Positions 35,484 to 46,489 of a stretch of 64,000 nucleotides of DNA are shown piece after piece (the first letter of the stretch is position 1; every line of letters begins with the position of its first letter). The position numbers and the translations under genes are program-made. Origin of the DNA: Blastocladiella emersonii ATCC 22665. Its lineage: Eukaryota; Fungi; Blastocladiomycota. The stretch spans positions 3,224,001 through 3,288,000 of the forward strand of contig JANHCV010000001.1 of assembly GCA_025594325.1 (NCBI GenBank). Reading direction: 5' to 3'. The notes below the pieces were generated by a model. The model worked only from the letters and a program-made list of their open reading frames with translations, was not told the DNA's origin and did not search any database.

Positions 35484-35849
35484 CGTGATGGCTTCGCTAA
35501 GCTGGGCTCTCCCTTAACACCAACTGACATTTACTCCCATGAACCTACGTATAGACTCGCGTACCCGATCGTCGCGCGCGCCTTTGCGCGGATCGCGGCG
35601 CAGGTTCACCGCAGCAGCGTGGTCCGCGCGCTGGCGCAGCGCGAGCACGACGCGGCGTGTATCCGGCTCGCGGCGCTGCAGTGCGAGTCCGCGGTCGTCG
35701 AGGATCGCACGCTGTGCCCCGTGTGCGGCAAGCGGATCGGCAACAGCGCCATTGTCACGTCGGCGCGGTCGCCGGCCAGCGTCGTCCACTTTGCGTGCGC
35801 AACCACGGCGTCGGCTTCAGGTACGGCGGTGGGTCGCAGGAGGATGTGA
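35484..35849 (+). pseudogene. Copy of the last intron and 3' end of the VPS39-like gene with a 165-bp internal deletion (donor ~60253-60780, inverted)
   Basis: 35484-35554 is a diverged match to the donor intron; actcg is joined to cgtacccg; then LAYPIVARAF...CPVCGKRIGNS...GRRRM-stop, nearly identical to the donor. Confidence 0.88.
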
Positions 35850-36162
35850 GCGAGTGTTGGACATCAATCAAGCGTTTTTGACCCAACGCGTGGTGCGAGC
35901 GGTTGTGGAGCGGGTGACTTGGGCGCCCGTGAGTTTGCACTACGAGTAATTAACAACGCATGAAAGCTTAGCAGGCGCATCAGCTTACATGGCTTCTGCA
36001 ACCGTATATACTTGATGGGCAGGCGAGAACCAGGGTGAGACGTGTCATGATTTCACGTGAGTGGCGGAACGCGTGCGGCGCCGGTTCCCACGCGTCGCGT
36101 CGCGACATCCGCATCCTCTCCTCTCTGCCCCTACTGCCTCACTCTCACATGCAACCTAGACC

Positions 36163-38136
36163 ATGAATTTGCCCGCAACTGGTGGCAATAGATCTGCTAT
36201 TATGGACAACCGCGCGCCGGCGTATTTTCCGGCGCTCGTGACGTGCCGCACACAGTACCGCGGCAACCGCGTCAATCGGTTTCGCCCGTTCCGCAACCAA
36301 GCACCGCGCGACCTCTTCTTCTTCATGTCGCACGAATCGGCCACGCGCACCGAACTGCGCGCTCTCGTGTGCGGCTGTGGCGATCTGGCCGAGGTCGCCC
36401 GGACCGTGTGCGAGGCCGCAGCGTGGGGGAGCAAGCAAAACCTTTCATTCACTCTCAACGACTGGCAGCCCGAAGTCCTTGCGCGCAACATGCTCATTCT
36501 CCATGCGCTCGCGTTCTCGCCTGCTGACGAGGCCGACTTGCCGACTCTCACTCGCAACGTTGGCCAGCTGCGGTACTCGCACTTTCTCGATCCAGTCGTT
36601 CCTGAGTTTTGGAACGTCCAGATGCGCGCGCTTGCATCGCACCAAGGAGTGGGTGTGCGGTGCTCCCGCTGAGTCGCCCCTCAAGGTTACCGATGAATCG
36701 ACCCAGCGCGAGCTGCGCCGCTGCTGGCGCGCGTGGCTCGAGATCGATTGGACCGTCGACAAGGTGCTCGAGGAGCGCGCTCGGTACCACCACCTCTCAG
36801 TTTCTTCCGCCGATCCACCATCCAGCCCGAATGTCTCGAGCTCGGTGTCTCCTTTCACGGACCAACTGAACGCGCAGTACCGAGGTGTGCTCACGGGCGC
36901 CCAATGAGCGCGGACCGCGTGCTCCATCGAGCGCCTTGCCGAGTCGAACGCCTTCACGCAGGATTCGGCCCCTATTGTCAAACCAACGTACCTCGCCCTG
37001 GCCATCGACAACGAGCCGTACTACGCTGTCGACTCAGACTGCATGCCAACCAACGCTTTCAATCTGCTTCTTGGCCGCGGGCTTCCCGAGTCGGCGATGT
37101 TGGGCGTGCTCGGCGACTGGATCACTGTGCTATACGCTGGCTTGACGGGAAGTCATGTACGCGTCGTCGTTGTCAGTTGTGGCCACGCAATCACAGACAT
37201 GGGGCGAATCATCGCCGATCCGACAGCGTACTTTGACGTCTTGGACGCCAACAACCTTGCGGATTCCTGCGGGTTGGTCAGCGTGCTTGTCCACGGATCG
37301 CCGCTGCTCCGCTCTACCGACACCGACACCGACACGCACTCGGAGCCCGCGCGCCTGCTGACTTAATCAAAGGCAATGGCGGCTGGGGACGATTCGTATA
37401 ATGACCTTGACGCGCACCTGCAGCACGTGGCGGGCCTTCCGCACGCGGCCCTCCCGGCCTTCTTTGGTGTCCCCCTTGCCGAATGGTCGATCCCCAACCG
37501 CTCGCCGACGTGGTATCAAGGTGCCGCTTGGGCTCTAGATCACCTCAATGCCAGCCCAACGCCCTACCTTACGTTCGTAAGGCAGGCTCCGCCGACCGTG
37601 CCGACGTATTTGGACCAATCGCGGTTTTTCATCGACGCGCAGGTCGCTTGCGTCCGCCAGTTCTCCACGTCGAAGGTGAACGGTGCGCTTCTGCTGGTAT
37701 ACTCCTCAGCGTGAGCATGAGCGCCGTTAACATTTGGTTTGCACTGAGGCGAGCGACTGCTGCGCTCTCATCTTCATCGATCGCGGTGTCCTGCTTCCCT
37801 CGGCCGGCCCGGGCATGATCCCGACGCCTGGCCGCGAGTGCAAATCTCGAATCGCAGGCGATTGCGGGTCGGATGGCTGTCCGCGAGCTCCCGGCCGGCT
37901 CCAACACCCCGCTTTCTGCCGCCACATTGCGTACCCTCGCGGAGCCGGTGCCCGGAACCGACCCGCGCTTCAGGCGCGCACTCTACGCGTCGCTGCGGCC
38001 GAAGCTCAATCACGTCCTCGTTGCCCCCGCGTGCCCGGTGTGCAGCAGCGGCATGGACTCGTTCGGCCTGGCACTCAGTGCGCCTGACTTCGAGTGCTCC
38101 GTGGCTTTGATGATCCACAACGACGACCAGCAATAG
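36163..38136 (+). pseudogene. DUF4470-like gene, apparently full length but frameshifted
   Basis: LVCGCGDLAEV, FTLNDWQPEVLARNMLIL, WLEIDWTVDKVLEER, FDVLDANNLADSCGL, consistent with the DUF4470 GCGD / NDxxPxxLARN / FDxIDxxNLxD motifs. Two 2-bp insertions near 36625-36642 relative to the 59-kb copy, plus further stops and shifts; the 3' end runs into the palindrome 2 right arm. Confidence 0.7.
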
Positions 38137-41100
38137 TTTTGCTTTCTGTCATGAAAATAAATTCACATTCACTGTATCCCCACCATAAACACGTAGATCC
38201 AAACAAGCTCGCGAGGTACGCACGCGCCGCTGGGCTCGGTGCCAAGATTCCTGAATATTGATCACACTCAGTTGGCGTCCGCATCATTTCTCCAATCAAG
38301 GACCGTGTGCGGAAAGTCGGCCGTGAGCCTTGCGACGGCTCCCGCGTCAACGGTGCTGCGGTCCAGGATGAGCGTCCCGAGCTGCGAACCAAGGCGGTTA
38401 CTGAGCAGCCGCGCGCCGCGATTCGTGATTTCGGCCGTGGAAAGGTCCAGGTAGCGAAGCGTAGCTGGCAGTTTCGCAATCAGGTCGCTGGATGCGTCTC
38501 GCGAGACACGGCACCGTGGAAGTGCGAGCTTTTCGAGCTCTGCTGGGAGCTTACCAGCGAGACTTTGGACCAGGGTGCTGCGCTTGCTCAAGTCGTACCC
38601 GCCGAGCGCGAGGCACTTGATCGACGCCGGCAGAGCCGACGTTAACGTGGTGAGGGCGGCCTCGGTTGACAGGGGCCCAAAATCGCAGCGAGTGATCTCC
38701 AAGGTCCGAAGCTTGGTTGGAAGAGAGGTGGCGAGGGCATCCAACCCACGGCGTTCGAAAGCGGTAGCCGTGAACGTGAGGTCGAGGAGGTCGGGCGGGA
38801 ACTGCCAGATCGGCAAAGCGGCCTTGGCGTGGACAATCAGCTTGGCGCCCGAAATGTCCAGCGACACGAGCGACGGCGGCAAGCACGCAAACACCTTGAC
38901 GAGGCGCGGGTAGTCCAAACTGACATCCCGCAGGCTGAGCGACGCGAGGTGCGGAATGGCGCGCAGTAGTGCGGCAAGAGCTGGATCCTGCATGCGACAG
39001 TTCGAAAGATGAAGGGCTGAGAGTGTGGGCGGGAAGTGCGGGACGAGGTACGGGACCGTGGCGTCCCAAAGCTTCATGAGCGAGAGCGAGAGCGACGACA
39101 GGTTGGCGGGCCACCGTACAGCTGCTGGCGCCGCCGCGGTGGCGGCGGTGGTCGGGTAGCGCTGGCCCAACACGGGCTTGAGCCACGGGCTCGCGATCGA
39201 GACGGCCGTGACTGATGGCGGGAAGCGGAAAGCAAGGAGGCGCGGCAGGTCAATGGTGCAGGCGTCGACCGTAATGGACGTGAGCGCCTGCGTCGGGCTC
39301 GCCATAGCCTCGTTGAGCGAGTGGATCCCGGCGAGCGAGATGGCGCGGTGCGTGAGAATGAGCTCGGTGACGGCGCCCGTCGCCACGCCCGAGCAGATGC
39401 TGTCGATTGCCACGTCGTAGTCGGCCGGCGGATGGATCTAGTCGCAACGGAGGACACAGCGTGAGCGGATGGGTGGGTGGGAGGGCGCGGGGCATGAAAA
39501 AGGCGCGCGGTGGTGGCGGCCAAACGTACCATGGCGTCCGCGCCGCGCGAGCAGTCCAGGTCGATCCCAAGCGCGACGCGAGCGGCCGGGCTCCAAGAGA
39601 TGACCCGTTGCGTGCGCAGGATGCGCTTGAGCGAAGGCGAGCCGCGCCAGAACTCGAGGGTCGACAGGTGCCCGTCCTCGACGGCCCTTTCGAGCCCACC
39701 CATGGGGCAGCCAAACCGGCGGAACCCGGCCAGCTTCTGGAGCGCCGCGGCGTGCCCGCGGGCGGTTGCCTTGACCGGACTCAAGTAAGGGACGCGGGCA
39801 AAGATGGCGCGCACGACGCGCGGGATCCTGGACTCGGGCATGACGCGCGCGTACTCGGCCATGCCCTGGTAGTCCCGCTCGTCGGGGTGGAGGTGGACGG
39901 CGCGGACGAGGATGTTCTCGACAATGGCTGGCACACAAAGTTTCGGCAGCATGGTCTCGTTCAAGTGCATGAAGTTTACGTGGCAGTCGGCTGGGCGATA
40001 TCAACCCGTAGCAAGCAGCGGGAGGCGCGGGGCGAAGAAAAGCGCGACGGGCAGGGGCGAGAGCGCGTCGGCGCGCGCGTCACCTGACCAAGTGTCTCGC
40101 GCCGCGCACGTGACCGACTGTCTCGCGCCGACCTCGCCGCGCGCGCGTCGAGTTTCGGACGCGTCTTGCGGCTCGCAGGCGTTGATCGTAACGATCACCG
40201 CGCGCCCTTGACGCGTCCGGTGATGGTTCGCTGGACGTGGTGGTGACCCGGCAGCCGAGCAAAGGGCGGGACGGCTTGCGGACCGTCCCGCCGTTCGCAG
40301 AGCGTTTCGAGGGACCTCTCAACTTGGCTTGCGCGAGATGAGATGAGATGAGATGATGATCCATCGGTGCCGCTTGAAAGTCGCCCGATAACCAAGCAAA
40401 AAGAAAAATTATAGAGGTGGAGCGCAGCAAACGATGCGGAAGCAAAAGGGGCGGGCGCCGGTACCCTCGTCCCCTCCACATTCCGCCGAACAACTTAGTT
40501 CTGCTCGACGGGGGAAAGGGGCGCGTCACACACCAGTCGGATCCTAGGACTGCGCCAGCTGCTCCAGCGCGCCTTGAGGTGTGCGAGAGCAACCCACGCC
40601 TTACACACGCGGCGCCGAGCGCGCGCCTTTGGGAGACGGTTGGCGGGCAGTTGAGCGCCACAACCTCGAACGCCTTTGCCGCAATAGCGTCCGACACCCA
40701 CACGTCTGATCCGGTTGGCTTGACGAAGAATGAGTGGTATAGAGTGCCCGCTGCTTCTGCTTGAGGGCATCGCCGTAACGCAGCACAGCGTGTGACGCGG
40801 GCCGCCGCAACCCAACAGGGCGACGTGAGACAAATGGAGCCTTGAGTCAGCATAGAGTCGTTTAAATGGGCACGCGGACTTGCGGAAAATACCTTGCGAT
40901 TTAGTCAAGTCTCGGTGTCGTGATCCGCACGCGTTCGCGGGGGCGCGACTGAACCGCCTCTCGGAGCGCGGTCGCGAGAACATGCGCACCAGCGCGAGCG
41001 AGCCCCGTCGCTTTCCACCCGCGCAGGCTCAGGGTGCTCGTCTTCGGCGGCCGTGTGCTCTTGCGGGATGTGCCCCACCCAGCATCCCGACTAAGCCAAC

Positions 41101-41181
41101 GGCTCACCGCGACGACGGGTTTCCTGTCCAAACCCGCTCATGGCTGCAAACTACTCGGGGTTGTTGGCCGACCAGACGCTG
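37925..41181. repeat. Palindrome 2, right arm (~3.26 kb)
   Basis: Reverse complement of 32211-35467; spacer 35468-37924 (2457 bp). Confidence 0.97.
38268..39970 (-). CDS. RNI-like LRR protein (palindrome 2 right copy)
   Basis: Mirror of 33422-35124; translations identical. Confidence 0.75.
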
Positions 41182-41976
41182 ATGGCAGCCGCGGCGCCCC
41201 TCGTCCTCCCAATGACACACACGCACAACCTTTGCCATAATTTGGAGTGCTGAGACGCAGCTCCGGTGCGGAACGAAGCAATCGAGTGCGCGCGGGACGC
41301 ACCATAGGCATGGTGCGCAAAGGACGCTCTCGATCCATGACCGAGGAATGATTCAAGTGCTGATGGGCGGCAGCTTGCAAGGACCCACCCGCGGGCGGAA
41401 CGGTGGTTACTCGGCGAGCGGCGCTCGGATGGGCGCACGTTCCAGTCAAACATCTCGATCCGTTCCGTAGGCTGCACGAGTGCGAGTGCGAGTGCGAGGG
41501 CGCAAGCAAACCGCACCCGTGAGTACAGCTCGGTTCGGTATCACGGTCTTGAGCCCCTTTTTGAGTCCGCCGAGGTATCCTATCCTATCCCGCCTTGATG
41601 GCCACGCACCCCCCAGCTACGCCGTCAGTCGTCGAGGCCCCAGCATACGTTTCGATCCTTCCTCAACATCTGGCACCGTTAGTGATATCCCAAACCAAAT
41701 CGGCCCTCATATTCAGTCAGTTACTTGTATCCTTGAAGCGACGCGACCCAACGCGGGTCTCGAGACGTCAGCGCGCAATCATCAGATGATGTGCGACTCG
41801 CGCAACATGGGCCAAGTATCGAGTGTTTGAACGTTTATACGTCCTGCGCGAGTTGCTGCGCCACCACCTCCTCTTGCTTGATAGCGCGAATCAATCGTGG
41901 TCGAGTTTGTGTCGAGCGCGATTCTATTCCATCACTCACCGTCACTGGTACTGAGCCAAACCAACCGCTCCATCGC

Positions 41977-44280
41977 TCAGATCGTCCGCTCCGTGCACCT
42001 GAACCGGTACTTGATGAGCCCCGACGCGTGGCCCTTGGCGGGGACGGGCCGCGTGATGGACTCCTTGACCGAGCACCGCCCGTTGGGCTCAAACTCCCAC
42101 GCGCGGCACTTGGCGTCGCGCTCGCACAGCCACCGGCAGTGACCCGGGTCCTTGGCGCCCGTGTACACGAGGTAGTTCTCGCCCGACCGCGCAATGTCGT
42201 GCTCGATCTCGGGCAGCGCCGGGTCCTGGTCGACAAAGTGGTGCCAGATGTCCTCGAGGTGGATCGGCGACGTGTACGGCGACGGGATGTGCGGCGGGAG
42301 GCCGAGGTGCGCAAACTCGAGCGGCGGCGCAGTTACGTTCGCGGCAGCCGCAGTGATCGGTGACGACGTCGAGTTGGCGGCGGGCGGCGGCGGCGGCGGC
42401 GGTGCAGTCGACGCGGCCTTGCCGTGGACGAACCGCTCAATGTCGTACAGCTTCTGCATGGTGGCCTGCGACAGGTGGTGGAAGGTGACGACGCGCTTGC
42501 ACGGGTCCTCGTAGTACGGGTGCACGCTCCAGTGCGGGGTGACGGGGTTGAACCACCGGCGGCCCGGGTACGCGTAGTTGATGAGGATGCCGGCGTCGCG
42601 CAGACACAGGCCGAGCCGCACGTCGCCCGCCCAGCAGTCGTCGTACCGCACGATGCACTCGTCGGCGATCGCGGACATGCGGCGCGCGGCCTCGCGGCTG
42701 ATGGCGATCCCGCTGCCGCCGTGCGCGAACATGGGCCCGTCGCCGAGCTTGGTGATGCCGTCGCAGTCGCGGAAGTGGTTGGGCGCGCCGACGTAGTGCG
42801 GCTCGGACGGGTCGAGCGCCGACAGCACGCGGTGCAGGTTCTCCATGAAGACGTACGTGTCTACGGAAGCGGTTCGGCGCGCGTCAGCTGTCGGGTCCGT
42901 GGGCCGTTATCCGTCCAGGAAAGCGGGCGTACCGTCGTCGATCATAATGTACCACTTGGCGTCCGGGTACCGGTGGTACATTTCGCGCACCGCGGGAATG
43001 TTCTTGTACGCGTCGAGCTTCCACCCGCGCGACTTTTGGTCGGGCACCACCTCGCGGTCCTTGGCCGACGGCGCCACGTTGGGCGCGCCGCGCTTGTGCA
43101 GCGGCTTGCCGTCGCCATCGGCGTGGTCGTGTTGCTGCTGCTGCTGCTGCTTCTGCTCGGGCTGGCGGCGCTCCTGCTGCTTCTGCTCGGGCTGGCGGCG
43201 CTCCTGCTGCTTGTGGGTGCCCTTCTTCTGGTCCTTGTGCTGCGAGTGCTTGGCGGGCGAGCTGGGAAGTGATCCGTACGGCTGCTTGGTCGGGAACTTC
43301 TTGTAGTCTACAAGTGTCGCGTGGAGTTCAAGTCAGTCTCGCTGACCAAATGTACTTGGCGGTGGCAGCTGCTGAGGGGCAGTACGAAGTACCCCACTTA
43401 GTCCGAGCAACTTCGAGCCGCCCACTGGCCTTGAGCGCGGCCTCGGCGCGCTCGTGCGCGCCCGTGACGACGTCGACCATGCGGTAGTCGCCGATCTGCA
43501 TCTCGGCGTCGCCGAACAGGAACATGTTGCGGACGCCCTGGAGGAAGGTGGCGAGCTGGATCGGGACCTTGTCGACGGCCACCTCGATGCCGGACTTGAG
43601 CCCGATCACGTACTGGTCCCACCGCGGGTCCGTGACGCGCAGGGGCATGGCGTCGATGCGCGACCGGAACTGCGCGAGCTGCTCCTCGGCCGAGGGACCA
43701 CCGCCGCCGGATGGCGGAACCACGGGGACGGGCGGGCGGTCGCTCGTGGGCGGCGGCGACGAGATGTTGAGGTCGACCTCGGGGACCGTCGCGTTGCTGG
43801 CGGCGGACGGGCCAGCGAGCACGTCGGCGGCAGGCTCCGACGGCGTGTCGTTGGCGTGCTCGGAGCCCGCCGCAGCGAGCTCGTCGGGCGACTGGCGCTT
43901 GCCCTCGTCCTCGCCATCGGCGTCGTGGCGCGACGCAGCGTGGCCCGCCCCCGCCGTGTTCTTTGCACCGTGGTGCTCGGAAGACGCCGCTGCTGCGGCC
44001 GCCGCGTTCTTGGCGGCATCATTTGTCGCTACATGCAGCGTACTCGCGCTCGTCAGGCCCCTTGCCGTGCCCGCGCACCCGGGCGAGAGCGAGTGTGCAT
44101 ACCGCGCAAGATCTCGTTCTGCAGGGCCTCGCTCTTGGCGGCCCAGTTGGCCGACTGTTCGCGCAGCAGGGCGAGTTCCTGGCGGTCCGAGTGCGCCTGG
44201 AAGAGGACGTAGGCGAGCAGGGCGACGACGGGGAGGACCAGGAGCAGCCGGCAGCACGAGCGCGTTCGCGGCATGGCCAT
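41977..44280 (-). CDS. Fringe-like glycosyltransferase (GT31) with a type II anchor and a C-terminal PAN/apple-like domain, multi-exon
   Basis: N-terminal TM LLLVLPVVALLAYVLF; DAYKNIPAV...KWYIMIDDDTYVFMENL, HYVG, FAHGGSGIAIS, CWAGDVRLGLCL; C-terminal CRWLCERDAKCRAWEF. Confidence 0.85.
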
Positions 44281-44627
44281 GGCGGCGGGTCCCGAGAGGA
44301 GGACCATAGTTGCGTGATACGTTGCAATAGCTAGAGGTTGTTGCGGGAGCGGAGGTTGATTGACGGAGTGCGGGGAGAAGAGGGCGGTTGCGCGGCGGCT
44401 GCGGCGAGTGTGGCGACGCCCAAGAGCAGCAAGTCCGCCGCCACACACGCCGCTGCGCTTGTCTCGCAACTGTCTCGCAGCGCCATGATTGGGCGCATGG
44501 GCTGCATGAACGGCGCGAGCGAGTTCAGCGAACGCGTCGTGAACGTAAGAATACATGTAGGGTAATGGGCAAGACAGGAGGCGGAGGGGCCCAGCACGGC
44601 CCCGGAGTAGGACTAATAGGTTACAGC

Positions 44628-46198
44628 TTACAGCTTGCTCTTCTCGTTGACGATGCGGAGCGCGGTGCGTGCGCACGGCTCGAAGAGGGCGGCTGACGAG
44701 TCGGCCTGGAGCGACGAGGCCTGGCCGCGGAACTGGCGTGCGCGGATGCCCTGGGTGATGACGGCGAACTTGAGGAACACGAAGCCCGCGGGGAACGTGA
44801 AGTCGGTGATGCGCGGGCGGCGCGTCTCCTTGGCGTAGAGGTCGAGGCACTCGCGCAGCGTCGGCAGGCCGAGCTCGGCCTCGCGGCCGCGCACCGTCTG
44901 GATCGAGCCCGACGACATGGCCGGGTCGGCGTAGTAGCACATGAGCAGGTTGGCCAGGTCCGAGTACGGGTGGCCGAGCGTCGACAGCTCCCAGTCGAGG
45001 ATGCCGATGACCTCGGGCTTGGTCGGGTGGAAGATGACTGAGGGCGGGCGGGCGAGCGGGAGTGGGGTTAGTCGAGCCGCGGGAAGCGGAGCGAGATCGG
45101 GACAGCGTACGGTTGTCAAACTTGTAGTCGCCCTGCACGATGGTGGTCTCGTCGGCAGGCAGGTGCGACTCGAACCAGGCCTTGAGCACGTCGAGGCCGG
45201 GCATGGCGCCGACGGGCTTGCCGGCCTTGTCCGTGACCTTGCTCTGGGCGTCGCTGACCTTGAGCAGGGTGCGCAGCTGGCGCTCGTAGTAGCCGTGCGG
45301 TGGGCCGTACTTTGTGAGGCCGGCCTGCTGCAGGTCAGTGGTGTGCAGCGTGGCGAGCGCCTTGATGGCGGCTTCCCAGCTAGACGAGGGAGCGAGGGTG
45401 AGCACCGCGCGACTGAAGCGACAAAGCGGCGAGAGCGCGTACTAGGACCGGCGCTCGGCGACGGGCACCTCGGGCAGCGTTGGAGAAGGGAAGATGCGGC
45501 CCTGCACGAACTCCATGATCTGGGACGTGATCGGGCTCGGGCGTCAGTTCCGCGCGGGTCCGTTCATGCTTCGAGCAACGTACGTAGAAGGGCGTGCCGA
45601 TCACGCTCGCGTCGGTGCACAGGGCAAAGACACGCGGGACGGGGACGCGGCCGGACCGGCCGAGGCCGTGCAGGACCTCGAACTCGCGCTCGACGGCGTG
45701 GGCCGTGGGCGACAGGAGCGCGCCAGCTGGCTTCTTGCGCAGGACATACTTCTGCTCACTACAACGACGCGCGCGCGCGGGGGTCGGGTCAGTCCTGCAA
45801 TGGATCCAGCAGCGCACGCGCGTGCATGAGGCGGTCAACGCACCGGCCGTCGGTCAGGAAGTAGGTCGGGTTGGACTGGCCCAGGGCAAACTTCTCGATG
45901 CGCAGCGGCGCAATGAACTGCGGGACCGTGTCGTAGAGGTACAGGACGAGCTTGTTGATGTCGAAGCCGAGCGACTTGCTGCGGGAGCGAGAGAGAGCGA
46001 GCGCGCGGGCGCGGGATGACGCAGAATGGGCAGGGTGCAAACCAGGCGTCAGTCTGGGGCCCGTGTCATCGGACGCTCCGCATCGACCGGCGCACGGAGA
46101 CAGCGGCATCGGCGCGCGATTGGAGTCGCGTACTTTGTGACGGCGTAGGTGGCCTGCCCAGTTGGGGCGGCGGGGGCGGCGGAGGCAGCAGTGCTCAT
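44628..46198 (-). CDS. APH-family phosphotransferase (ACAD10/11 N-terminal-like), multi-exon
   Basis: [81 protein letters not shown]. Confidence 0.88.
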
Positions 46199-46489
46199 GG
46201 TTGGGTGCGTCGATTCGTCCGATACGTGGAGGCCGAGCCTTTGGGGGGAGAGCGGCGATGGGGAGGAGGGGGAGGGGCGGGCAAGAGTCGAGGGCAGCGC
46301 TCGGGCCGGGCCGGTCGGTCGCTCGGGTCGGTGGCTCGTCGGCTGAACGGGGCACGCCGCTGTGGCGCTGCGAGTGGCGCTGCCGTTGGGGGCTTGCCCG
46401 CGCGACGCGTTGCGCCCACCCTCCGGCCGCTCCCGACCTCGCTGCTCCGCTCGCCCACTCACCCTCTGCAGTGCAACGCGCAAATGTAT

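Noticed and set aside
31197-36751. Retrocopy or Helitron origin for the gene fragments
   Set aside because: Introns and intergenic DNA are retained and there are no poly(A) tails; I found no 5' TC and 3' hairpin-CTRR termini bounding the patchwork
21381-41181. Inverted-repeat regional centromere (as in Komagataella or Candida tropicalis)
   Set aside because: Arm and core sizes are similar, but these arms are GC-rich and protein-coding and the cores hold promoters and gene parts; two adjacent units do not fit. CENP-A ChIP would settle it
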